A DNA stretch of 64,000 nt from a virus (IMGVR_UViG_3300027763_000039:44317-108316); one strand, 5' to 3'. Counted from the first letter of the stretch, positions 30,501 through 36,995 are shown. Program-made: numbers and translations. The notes: generated by a model from the letters alone, not told the origin.

Positions 30501-33500
30501 TAAATCAGCTGCTTGTCTAGTACCAAGACTCACTCCTCCGACTACTTGATCTTCTGCTGACCTATAAGCTGTATCGAAATCGACAGAAGGATTGGCTGTT
30601 GCTATCTGATTTACAATTTTAGCTAATAGATCATCTACTGCTTTTTCAGCCTGTGCTGATACCGCATCAAAACTCGCTACTGCTTCATATGTTGTGCCAC
30701 CCCCAGCAAATCGTTGTATTCCACGAACAGCACCACCAGAACGATAGCCTAAAGCTTTAGTTGCAGCTTCACGAAGAATAAAGCTACCTACTGGTAAGTT
30801 TATCGGCCCTATACTATCACTAGTTCCTGTACCCGAACCTTTAAAAACACTAATTCCCCCAGAAGAAAATGAACTCATTCCATTACGATCTGCTTGATTC
30901 ATTCGGTTGAGTTTACCATATCCTATTGCCTTGGCTGTTTCTGGTGGAACATAAGCCTCACCATTAGAAACCATAGCTTGAACATGTCCACCCGATGCAT
31001 AACCTCTAGCTTTAAGATAATTACCAATTTGGTCTTTTAGTTCTGCTGGGCCATTAAGGGTAAGTTTAGCATCTGTTGGAATATTTTGAGGAAGATTAAA
31101 ATATTTAGCAGCATCCTGAAGACCATCTGGGAAGTCGATACCATAATTGGTGGCGGCTTTATTTGCTATTGGACCACCAAGCTGATGAATAATACTTTCA
31201 GCCATATATCCCTGAGCATTGGCCTCGCCCATCTTTTTACGATCAGAAGATTTAACTTTTTTATTCTTATATAGATAGGTGTTAATACCTGCTGCTTTTG
31301 CTGCATTAATATTTCTCTCATCATCATCAATAAATGAACCAGACTTGTCCATCTCTTTAAGTTTAAGTTCGGCAATTTGTTCAGCAGTACGATCTGGACC
31401 ACCAACACCTTTAATTCTATCTATTGGTATTGGGAGTCCATTTTTAGCTAACCATGTAGCAATCAAACCCATAGTTGCTTGTGGCCTAGCTGAAATCACA
31501 TGTAAATTATCAAGTAGTTCTGGAGTTTTCTTAACTTGACTAACAAGAGCTTTACCTAATTTGCTAAGTGTAGCTTTTGCTAGAGCCCTCTCTACTTTTG
31601 TCTTATCAGAAAATTCACTAAATCTTGGTTTTCTAGGATCAGATAGAATTTTATCAGCACCAAAAGCTAATGTCCTATCAAAATCAGAATATATGGGACC
31701 AACTTGTTTTAAAATATCTCTAATCATTACATTCTTGGTTAAGTTTTGACTTTCACCACTCATCGCTTGAGCCATCCTCTTGATGTCTCTTCCAGCAGCG
31801 TTTTTATCTAGGACACCACTAGTAATTCTAACTTTAACTGGATTATTTAGTCCTGGAATATCCATTCTGGGAGTTGTAGCAAAAGCTTTGCCCTTGAATC
31901 CAGCAGCACCAAACAATAGACCCTCTGTAGTTGCTTTTTGTATATCCAGATCATTTGCTGCTTTAATTCCAGAAGTTTTCTTTGTATAAGCTGCTAAGAT
32001 TTGATCTTTGATGCTTTTTTCCTGTGGACTTAATGCATTTTTTTTCTTTAATATTTTGAGTATATCACCAGCATTTGCTCCACTAGCTTGCATTGCTCCT
32101 TGTAGAGTAAGAACTTTTAATATTTCGCTAGAAGTAGCTGTTGTTCCTGCTGTTGGAGTTACCAAACCAGCATTAGCAAACTTACGAATAAAACCTCCGG
32201 AAGCTCTATTATTTTTCCCTTGATTTTTTGCGTATAAATCTCTAATTTCATTCATTACCAAATCTTTATTAGGCATCTCATAAACATTAATATTACCGAT
32301 GTCCTTAGACTCTGGAGAAGAAAGAGTAAATGGCCTAGTTAAATTTCTAACCACTCTTGCTCTTAATAACTTATCTAAATAATCTGTTTTAGACACCATA
32401 CCAGAAGGACGAAATTTTACTTCTCCTACTGATTTTCCATCTGCACTAATAAGATCTACGGGATAACTATTTCTACGAGGAATATTTTCAATTTCTCCAG
32501 TTGGTATATATTGTTTTCCTACTCGTTCTTTTATAGTTCTAGAAAGTAATCTCTCATATGCTTCAGACCATTTGGGGCTCTCATCTGCTGTTCCAAGCTG
32601 ACTAATTCTTCGTGCTCCTTCTTTACCAGCTAAAAAGTCTTTTGGTGATTTATCACTTCCTCTTCTTCCTAAAAGATTAGAGTAGCTTTGCATTTGTGTT
32701 GGAGTAGCTTTATTTTTTCCTAATGAAAATCTCTGATTTGTTGGAGAAATAGGTAGACCTTTTCTCATGTCATTATAAATTTCTCTTGCAATACTCTTAA
32801 CGTTCAATCCTAACATCCACGGCTCTATCTGTTTAATAAATCCTGAAGCACTATCTTCATTAACGTTCATATACCTAGCTATTTTAGGATTTTGAGAAAT
32901 TAATGAAACAGCTTGAGGTAGTTTTTGGATAGATACTGGTCCTACTTTTCCTCCTCCAGCATGTCTATTAATACGATGAAGATTTCCTACTCCAATACTA
33001 CGAACAGCACTTTTTCTAAGAACAAACTCTCCCGGCGTTAACATGGCCGGAACAGTATCTCCATCTCCAGAACCTGGAACATGACCACCAGCAGCAAAAG
33101 CTCTGATTTGTCCACCCTGATTATTTCTGGTGGGTCTAATACCACCAATAAATCCTCTACCGAACTGACCAAGAGCAGACAAACCTCTCATTGCAAATAT
33201 AGCACCAAGAGCTGGTAATGCTCCCTTGGCAGCATCTGTTAATCGAATTAAATTACTAGTTAAATCTAAAGATAATTTAACGAAAGACTGAAATCCAGAA
33301 CTTTGTCCAATGGATCTTACTAAGCCTACAAACTCATTTCTTACTTTTGCCATTTGAACAGCTAAAGATTGTTGTGCGGTGGCAGCATCAATTGCTAAAG
33401 AGTCTTGTCCACTTTGTGCAACCTTTAATGCTGCTTGAGCAGTTGCGAACTGTTGAATTAATGGAATCACCTTACCAATCTGACGAAAACCACCAAGTTC

Positions 33501-34679
33501 TTCTACAATTCTGGAGAACTTTAAATCTCGGGGATCTAATTGAGATAGTCCTTCACTTAATCTTCTAACAGCTTCGTATGGTCCAACGAATTTACCTTGA
33601 AGGTCTGTTAGTGTTACACCATATTCTTTAAGGGCATCGATTGTGTCTCCTCTTTGAATTCTGGTAAAAATTGTTCTTAAACCAGTAGCAATAGTTTCAG
33701 CACTTTCACGAGTTGTAGCTCGAACGCTAGTAAACACAGCCATAAATTCATTTAGAGCTTGAGTACCTTCACTAACACCCTTACTAGCTGTAGCAAACAC
33801 ACCACCGGTACGCTGAATAGCAGTAATAATATCACCGGCTTCAACAGCAAACTTAGCAGCTACCGCATTAACTGAACCCAATGCACTATCTAATTCACCA
33901 GCACTAATACCAAACTGTCTCATTAATGCGATACTACCTTCTACGGTACTATTCAAGTTATCGAATGATGGAGCTAATGCACTAAGAGCTAAAGCTTTTA
34001 ATGCCTTCTCTGTATCTCTAGCACTTAAACCAGCCTGAGCTAATGTGCTAGATACTTTAATTAATTCGTTAGATGACACACCAAACTTGGTTGATAATTC
34101 AGTAATTTCGCCAACCAATCCACCAAGATTCTTTACGGAAGTATCAGTAACCTGAGATACTCTGACTAATTCTTGATTAAAAGCAATAAAGTCGGTTGTT
34201 GCAGATGTCAGGGCGTTGGATACTTTATAGATGACAGCTGTTACTGTGCTAATAGCAGCAAATCTACGAGCAGCCAATGCTGATTGGCGACCAAATTCCA
34301 TAAAAGCTGAAGTTGTATTATGAACCGCAGCAGAAGCCGCAGCGTTTTGTTGAACAACATTTCTTGTAGCAGCATTAATCTGTTGTAAGTTTGCCGGTAG
34401 ATTAGCAGCACTATTATTAACTTGTTGTATAGCTGTTCCAAGATTTCTCAAAGATAAAGCTGTAGCATTTGCTGAGGCATTGGTGGCCTGTAAGGTATTA
34501 GTAAAATTTCTAAAAGTTTGATTAAGAGTAGTAATATTACGAGTTACATTAGGATCAACACGAACATTAACATCAGCATTAATAGTTCCTAGTTGTCGCC
34601 TAATATCAGCAACAACAGTCCTAATGTTAGATGGTCCTCGTAAATTTAACTCTGCTGTAAGATTAAAACCTCTAGCCAT
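18528..34679 (-). CDS. Giant tape measure protein (5383 aa) with TP901-type core and multiple embedded enzymatic cargo domains
   Basis: N-terminal TMP core (ELVRVSQVT...LAQAGLSA...VAAKFAVEAGDI...TRESAETIATGLRTIFTRI...GGFRQIGK); lies directly after the tail tube and chaperone genes; Ala/Gln-rich helical tracts; repeated PAMLTPGEFV motif typical of TMPs; GAGGT RBS. Confidence 0.92.
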   Translation of the reverse strand: MARGFNLTAELNLRGPSNIRTVVADIRRQLGTINADVNVRVDPNVTRNITTLNQTFRNFTNTLQATNASANATALSLRNLGTAIQQVNNSAANLPANLQQINAATRNVVQQNAAASAAVHNTTSAFMEFGRQSALAARRFAAISTVTAVIYKVSNALTSATTDFIAFNQELVRVSQVTDTSVKNLGGLVGEITELSTKFGVSSNELIKVSSTLAQAGLSARDTEKALKALALSALAPSFDNLNSTVEGSIALMRQFGISAGELDSALGSVNAVAAKFAVEAGDIITAIQRTGGVFATASKGVSEGTQALNEFMAVFTSVRATTRESAETIATGLRTIFTRIQRGDTIDALKEYGVTLTDLQGKFVGPYEAVRRLSEGLSQLDPRDLKFSRIVEELGGFRQIGKVIPLIQQFATAQAALKVAQSGQDSLAIDAATAQQSLAVQMAKVRNEFVGLVRSIGQSSGFQSFVKLSLDLTSNLIRLTDAAKGALPALGAIFAMRGLSALGQFGRGFIGGIRPTRNNQGGQIRAFAAGGHVPGSGDGDTVPAMLTPGEFVLRKSAVRSIGVGNLHRINRHAGGGKVGPVSIQKLPQAVSLISQNPKIARYMNVNEDSASGFIKQIEPWMLGLNVKSIAREIYNDMRKGLPISPTNQRFSLGKNKATPTQMQSYSNLLGRRGSDKSPKDFLAGKEGARRISQLGTADESPKWSEAYERLLSRTIKERVGKQYIPTGEIENIPRRNSYPVDLISADGKSVGEVKFRPSGMVSKTDYLDKLLRARVVRNLTRPFTLSSPESKDIGNINVYEMPNKDLVMNEIRDLYAKNQGKNNRASGGFIRKFANAGLVTPTAGTTATSSEILKVLTLQGAMQASGANAGDILKILKKKNALSPQEKSIKDQILAAYTKKTSGIKAANDLDIQKATTEGLLFGAAGFKGKAFATTPRMDIPGLNNPVKVRITSGVLDKNAAGRDIKRMAQAMSGESQNLTKNVMIRDILKQVGPIYSDFDRTLAFGADKILSDPRKPRFSEFSDKTKVERALAKATLSKLGKALVSQVKKTPELLDNLHVISARPQATMGLIATWLAKNGLPIPIDRIKGVGGPDRTAEQIAELKLKEMDKSGSFIDDDERNINAAKAAGINTYLYKNKKVKSSDRKKMGEANAQGYMAESIIHQLGGPIANKAATNYGIDFPDGLQDAAKYFNLPQNIPTDAKLTLNGPAELKDQIGNYLKARGYASGGHVQAMVSNGEAYVPPETAKAIGYGKLNRMNQADRNGMSSFSSGGISVFKGSGTGTSDSIGPINLPVGSFILREAATKALGYRSGGAVRGIQRFAGGGTTYEAVASFDAVSAQAEKAVDDLLAKIVNQIATANPSVDFDTAYRSAEDQVVGGVSLGTRQAADLGDQNAAKAVADAQRKQVASLTRQIRATDSSVSVSMAKAAAERKVADAWGGLYKAVQTNTQSQSRLAQSFPTLSKAFQGASRGLGSIRSRIMGPSDEEIGNMSDSQRAQYEAKRDRRARYMNGGLALAFAAPMAAEAVGSMVGGSNGRGVAAAGTAFGGAVSVGAQFGPWGALAGAVAGAVLAVDSFGKAVAEADIDVSKKKIEGSATNAEAQLEKLNKNPKDAAITSSIIQNFKSIAAEEEKISAKQAELRQPSYLTRGLEAASFGMYKAAKPTDKQIAEEETANQKVAGEIALKTITAKVEGGSNIQEALSSFGGDKDLAKLNIAQTNEKFNLENKKLENIKKTPGQDPQIIADVEKRQKELIDVYFKEETATLQATVAERSRVQALQQSARTLNLASVSISKTFENMDQAIAAATMGLDKASQRIDEIASGQASLKTEFKSKDVLKNPNAYSQKERQTAISQVSGMFGTDKKFVEGLSKFGSSAEDTITKIAVKAQQSGNGSSETLGDDITRELTQQLIDTFGDNRISDAIREQLKGAVKDNIKQNDGVLDPQSLIESTGGLKQLIDSQKKSFNTMLGQYEFIEKGLNQYGEAVQKAAELQTQAIGKFASLQGYLSDSTVSLKEALGEGRRISLKERASGRYTEAAINAGIKPGSLTAANLTNQRTMLMGQQAAVQGNISKLENSGNAADPAVISLINKQKEALANLNRQIAATEKGLETLPDLIKQDMQDTLSKISQLRSEKESKTQAGASFGEKLVTSTPTELKNLNSTYDLLNRTLNGQITTINQSISAQQAYQKVIEDGGTHMDAVGAAQEAFASDAKNTFGLFNELITVSGLDNTDPQRAGNLRADLIENTARNQGLNVQNNPFLREIVANLRAAPKEDPQIKALENLYKQQQAALGEATQKAINPLLEKQAQILNTANTALITALTNLTNAFNNAQGRNEGLGLARPGNVMTRAQGGPVYAASGTLVNYEPRGTDTVPAMLTPGEFVVNRSATQNNLPLLKSINSGKYAKGGVVYLAGGSTNPVQIANVIDPLVANMISGSDDAGDALNIIARGNRYRVPSNLSPRDPLFKFLLARQGDPAMTGARVRREWNAAVRASRLGINDPIFKPYIQQITEVKLAGLDLGDNDIPEIRRPRNVNPNGLERWLGIQPVKPKPPASLLNRTGNMLGSAYQGARSVIRNPGAALSYGASQAPGIARAAAPIAGRFFGSIFGAVSGAMADPRLTNRNRLVNTGLGMLTGTGETMGDVGAHSMIGWATGVEQGTMLDRQLGNFSQLGLTSVEHATMGVPAQFAPITAALAMNIQETAGYLADANDATTSEIRTNRNLQASRRPRRPNDHLGGFDLNAFQRSAVERKAELLRLKKKDQAARGNSQGTSSNQNFYDEQIRLIDDSFNTMDTVPGIFWDTKQDKNRGTGASSARLDAATEAHVQYLDEQERKSELAAEQKRAEKAKKVERQRQEERRQTRATQVRATANRAVQTAVPYVSSVANAAVSGFQTINRNNQENINRRRAANESQADRWVDRPALPPGAAKVAFDGDTVDVYKQTDKLNKEKQEIEAEIDRYKYKDPKDMSKEQKRDKEKLLQQLEDKNRQIVSLNNKAFVDIPLAEQDRLWKNYEKKQEREANRAQILASNRANSRRFNLELAVGKAVGMGAPDKFRSPEAFMGWREQALSKLRGKFNLSGSPRLDEKLLTKYGLSADAAKDLFRPFTPEQAEALIQTMSQQTVGGNYKYSDRDIAILRMSQDQIEQVAFRIYNKSGDYGADVATMAERKRLEKAQGKTFAKLLRNFSSIDRMAARGQGMNPGQQAMLKNNISKQLTKMGYINPEDTDAANAARLSAFNINNTVGLLYPRVAAGNPAFRVAQGSSNGGMIYAADGTLVDYQPRGTDTVPAMLTPGEFVVNAKATSQHLPLLQAINKSKGGVIYRSVGGETKTLDSTQQSSQIRDKELNSRLQQEIANNAKNNLGLSTKISDTTKNTKDQQLPKLVNNTDTINRNNLTRFDKVDVTEQRLLKNTDDLKKQNKTNLSQTSDSLGYMMDRDSTHYELSTAHFALSNRMDAKLDRLLLLAAAPPMIPPAPPAGAQNGPPLPGAPPGAGNLPVNPGGAGAQFSKGGIVYASAGKLINYQPKGTDTVPAMLTPGEFVVNAKATSQNLPLLQAINKDKGGVIYAEKGKHIPSQDLSFEDVALGKGLPAKFSPRTPAYGSKAELDKAVAEGYNAAISNDEELKSQPLGKLDHLQYRRAFPYVERHKLDTKIRTHYQPPFDTRFSGSLMGKEGQEVIHVDPKKGSYGLLMHEMRHAAFGSTDESQRSETFMTNEDLDWAVQVYNAKYPNNPISMSRAEYLTRPFEIDARLGAVRQIMKRHQQALVSANKPVPYKTVEQAYHYFLANRNSLNRSEDSGFATEDLDFYTMFKDKYETMMAMRMAELYSNGGVVYAQDGRQINKPSLEDIRAQRKADYENEKLRRKQVAGIKRKDKQSNKAKLTPEQIEKARQEARIASILKNWGNPEESSQLRNSRQYWNEYGNYSDAVGGSPAVNFRTWMKENYPGVKGDRLEKMIKDFDPEDANATTYSKGGIIYAHEGTLVPRIMDPRLGQQNQSDMPEMTPTQGELDWARRQQQAHVANRDAEGFDWNAPEGVISAYGPPPGPGPLGAPFHERMNMFSDIVGSFLFGLPGAGPKPSPQTRVPRAKTPLLKQPVVLPAPRPERAPLGFEDLGTRGAANPKAGGVKGTGLTSTDTQATAQVFDPSKTMSQSRTLAEYQKSLKDARDIEFKRLEKLKTQWAKEQLAEYQKQEKEGTLRPDTKSRNQQGLPVYRSLEERADEIASYRVRSHQQTLDAAYTSAKNSSEYDFASNRTVDTNKITGASSFIKPQAKPTFSKFIETKDFDIDSIQRLIQYPQPVFDSLVETLYQLTGTSGELPKTFNRTNLLFGDQEIGITGIGAKAPGVAQQPVGRMGVRDTIGRENIQTALKEVLLSNFRSEMGKFERVNLGPVDEMNASRYKDRGLIGTAEQKVGGTYGAKVEGTGNFYQPESESAAAEFLSRHTNFNLTQADTDPKLAQSRGGFLIETARGVLEDAKQKVMIKLQQSLLAQQNKPQTPDVPGAPASNKIRILSPYDNTNADKFNSEVFGEDAREIIAFYEDPKTGSANQGWGRVSAKPIDNQKTFKIETSLAKKGYGESLYHAIIEYITKIGGSVIPDDSQTPDAKKLWKKLEKHPDISAGENGYTKKPSLITDTTRVESGVGEDYIRRPTTSYEIEQQGYGDLVKPVSPTPVTPIPSSKAKAFGQFKSQGGIVYAQNGVLVPGSRLMDPRLGQQNQNYMPEMTPTQGELDFANQQAKLQTQRAKITTDNSGRQWHTPTGEISAYGPPAGPGLLGASFLERAGAAWNMFTDIAEAAVAGGATTTNAGSRQSIRGAKTPITKSSAPLDVPKASKTVPLFHASNTGLEDSILKSFQKEGGKSSIAKGYGQGQGLYTYTSREAAEKHARSIMQGTLTGADTRGKPMIVKFDETLDPSRFDLDYELNKSYVARWLHDNFDQVQSVLSDMKYSPLLKKLELQDPSGKTLRGIQTQTFASPNSGGGGLADSWLMQQQTRLPSRRAIYDSTDAVTRDGEVLSQIMKFIGKRNPEMLQKFREGFFETMPPGSAIKYIGSDNLAPSNIDVLAKARGGVVYANNGMLIPYQPRGTDTVPAMLTPGEFVVNRQATQQNLPLLKSINSGAQGFSSGGVVYLESGGETPKKRKYTQDRDERRQLDQLRLAAIEAERKQTRDSIEAERKALGERVKEAQINKAEEYKYRGIPRQIQQAPPQGNQTNQQNQQQNQAMFTQGNQQMNPQMSQRVNMAAQAAFDPQHAGDVDKQLAIFGTLLTGSNQVLTQFGMALENMIQSMGATPVGGGVNNNSRGQLDGLSQFTSTFNRFIGQLEQIKIPEQVNLQGTHRVEVVINGASVFANMQEPIQRMILDQVNGAMNKLAMKTEGVLQV
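19270..33120 (-). repeat. Dispersed intragenic linker repeat GG-h-h-Y-A-x-x-G(-x5-7-GTDTVPAMLTPGEFVVN-x4-QxLPLLxxIN) within the TMP
   Basis: PAMLTPGEFV copies at ~33020-33090, 27420-27620, 24685-24875, 23955-24147 and 19270-19480; degenerate copies ~30770-31000; short GGxxYAxxG copies ~23156-23190, 22725-22760 and 20570-20610. Confidence 0.9.
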
Positions 34680-34691
34680 AATTTATACCTC

Positions 34692-34733
34692 AAAAAAATA
34701 ACACCACACTGTCGAGTAACAGTATGGTGCTAT
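34692..34733 (-). terminator. Rho-independent terminator immediately upstream of the TMP gene
   Basis: Minus strand ATAGCACCATACTGT-TACTCG-ACAGTGTGGTGTTAT forms a 15-bp stem with 2 G-U pairs, followed by a T run. Confidence 0.8.
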
Positions 34734-34759
34734 AAGTGAAACAAAATTTAGAAAAAATA

Positions 34760-35641
34760 TCAGACAGTTTTATCTGATGGAGTTGGTTCTGGGGCTGGTG
34801 TAGTTGTAGGAGTTGTTTCATCTTTTTTAGTTTCTTCTTTATTGCTTTCTAATACAACGGGCTTTCCTTCTTCGTCCAAAAATGGCTGTGCTTCAACTAC
34901 ATAGTCACCTTCTAGATCTACCCTATTGCCGAACTTATCAACAAAGTTACCCTGCTCATCAATGAAACGATTATTCTCATCGATCAACCTACCTTCAGCA
35001 TCAACCAAACGACCCTGCTTATCAACAAGCCTTAACTTTTCATCAACAAATTTATACTTCTGTAAAAACTTGTTTTCTGGTAAAGTCTTCTCAAAATTAT
35101 TATCCAACCCATAAATTATATTAGCCAATTTCTGAGCACCGAGCAAAGCTACTGGGTCATCTGCTTTGTTCAAATACTCTTCCAAACTCTTAAAATAAGG
35201 CTCATTAGTATCTTTATACACCACACAAGCGGATACTAAATAATTAAACCTAGCATTATCAGCTTGACCTTCAGCACTATGATTATCTAAAGATGTACGA
35301 ACACTAATTAGGTCTCTTATTTCGGCCCTAATTTCTTTCATCTTTAAAGCAAGGTCTTTAGCATCCTTTAGACCGAACCCACCCTTAGCTAATCTCTTTT
35401 CTCCATCTAATAGTTCTTGTTGCAGATCGGAGAACTTTCTCTGCTTTTCCTTGTTCCATAAGCCCTGTTCTTCTAAGAGATCATCCATCTTTGCTCTAAC
35501 CACAGATTTACTCTTTATAGCGTCTGTAAAGGCTTGGTTATAAGTTTTCTGGGCTTCTCTTTGATCATTTAAAGAGGGTGAACGGACCACGAAATGCTTC
35601 TCTACATTATCAACAACCACACTAAAGTTATCAGTTTTCAT
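34760..35641 (-). CDS. Putative tail assembly chaperone, 293 aa
   Basis: Directly upstream of the TMP; charged and helical; C-terminal 7-aa repeats (G-R/N-L/F-V/I-D-x-x). Confidence 0.6.
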   Translation of the reverse strand: MKTDNFSVVVDNVEKHFVVRSPSLNDQREAQKTYNQAFTDAIKSKSVVRAKMDDLLEEQGLWNKEKQRKFSDLQQELLDGEKRLAKGGFGLKDAKDLALKMKEIRAEIRDLISVRTSLDNHSAEGQADNARFNYLVSACVVYKDTNEPYFKSLEEYLNKADDPVALLGAQKLANIIYGLDNNFEKTLPENKFLQKYKFVDEKLRLVDKQGRLVDAEGRLIDENNRFIDEQGNFVDKFGNRVDLEGDYVVEAQPFLDEEGKPVVLESNKEETKKDETTPTTTPAPEPTPSDKTV

Positions 35642-35642
35642 A

Positions 35643-35948
35643 TTAATTGTCCTTCCTGTCTTGATTTTTAATTACCGGGAATGAATAGTGATATTGTGTC
35701 TTAAACAAACCACCGTGTCTATAAAAGTCTTCTTTAAGATTTCTAATTTGCGTATTACCATGATTCAAAATTTGATTGCGAGTATAATCCCACATATCAG
35801 CAAATTCTTCTTCTTTTTGTGATAGTTCTCCTTCTTTATCATGGCCCCACAAAAAACCAAAATTGTCTTCCATGCGAGCTAATGCTCCTATCATGGTTGT
35901 TTGGATCCTCTTTTCCATATAAAATCTTAGCCTATCTGGATCATACAT
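35643..35948 (-). CDS. Hypothetical protein, 101 aa (chaperone cluster)
   Basis: Tightly packed ORF between chaperone-like genes. Confidence 0.7.
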   Translation of the reverse strand: MYDPDRLRFYMEKRIQTTMIGALARMEDNFGFLWGHDKEGELSQKEEEFADMWDYTRNQILNHGNTQIRNLKEDFYRHGGLFKTQYHYSFPVIKNQDRKDN

Positions 35949-35952
35949 AAAA

Positions 35953-36993
35953 TTATCCCTTACTATTTAATTGTTGCATTATCTTTTGTTGAACATCTGG
36001 CAACTGAGCATCTGGTATCCTACTTCCAATATCATTCTGGTTTATAAAGTCTATTTTTTGTCTAAGAGTAGCTAATCCTTGATTATTGTTAAGTCCGAGT
36101 ATGTCATCTGCCTGTTGTTTATTCCCTGCCATTAAAAATACTTCTGAGGCATTTTTCAAATTGCCACTCAATGTATTTTCTACACCCTTTTGCTTTTTTT
36201 GTCTTTCATTTTCTTGTTTATTAAAAAGCATCCAACCATCTAGAGCATCATCATCATTAATAATATCTTGTTGTGGACATTCTGGATGTTCATATATCTT
36301 ATCATACATATAAGAAATATTTATCAAACTCTTTTGTTCTTCAGACCATTCTTTAACAGAATCATCTAGTATATTGCTTTTATTATTATTCCAATAATTT
36401 CTCCAATACTCACTTCTAGCGAGAGCTTTGAAGGTGCTAATGTCTATTAGGTTTTGAGAAATTTTGGATGCTACACTGTTAAAAGAATTATAATCGATAT
36501 TTTCATTATGAAAAATTAAATTATCTGTATTATACTCATAAAGAGTATTAGTTATTAAAAATTCGTTCCTAATATTATCACAATAATGTTCTAATGTAAT
36601 ATAGTCTAAGCAATGTTGTTTTTGTAAGAATTGCTCAAGATCCTTTTTTAAATTTTGTATTTTCTGTTTAATCTTATTTCTTTTGGTGCTATCAAAGTAT
36701 TGTTGATATAGTGTTATTTTACTGGACTCTAAACTTTTTTCTATTTTCTCTATTATTTTTTTATAATCCCATGGTAGAATCTGTAATTCAAATAATAAAT
36801 GTTCAATATCTTCTAAGAACCAAAATTCATTATAGAGATTACTCTCATAAGCATCAGTATAGAGAATGTCTCCACTGATTTTTAAAGACAAAGAAGGTTT
36901 CCTAAGTTCATAAGTCATATCGTTGCAAACAAAAACTTGTTTTCCAGATAAAATCCTATGTACTAGTATTTCGTGATACTTAGACTCATTCAC
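35953..36993 (-). CDS. Putative tail assembly chaperone-like protein, 346 aa
   Basis: GTG start; lies between the tail tube and TMP; helical; YDKIYEHPECP..DDDALDGW segment. Confidence 0.55.
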   Translation of the reverse strand: MNESKYHEILVHRILSGKQVFVCNDMTYELRKPSLSLKISGDILYTDAYESNLYNEFWFLEDIEHLLFELQILPWDYKKIIEKIEKSLESSKITLYQQYFDSTKRNKIKQKIQNLKKDLEQFLQKQHCLDYITLEHYCDNIRNEFLITNTLYEYNTDNLIFHNENIDYNSFNSVASKISQNLIDISTFKALARSEYWRNYWNNNKSNILDDSVKEWSEEQKSLINISYMYDKIYEHPECPQQDIINDDDALDGWMLFNKQENERQKKQKGVENTLSGNLKNASEVFLMAGNKQQADDILGLNNNQGLATLRQKIDFINQNDIGSRIPDAQLPDVQQKIMQQLNSKG

Positions 36994-36995
36994 AT

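Noticed and set aside
19270-33120. CRISPR array or non-coding DNA repeats
   Set aside because: The repeats are in-frame coding, irregularly spaced and diverged at synonymous sites.
18528-34679. Inteins, or an assembly chimera, as the cause of TMP size
   Set aside because: No Hint-domain motifs or LAGLIDADG blocks were noticed. The frame is continuous and the repeat copies are non-identical, although read-level validation was not possible.
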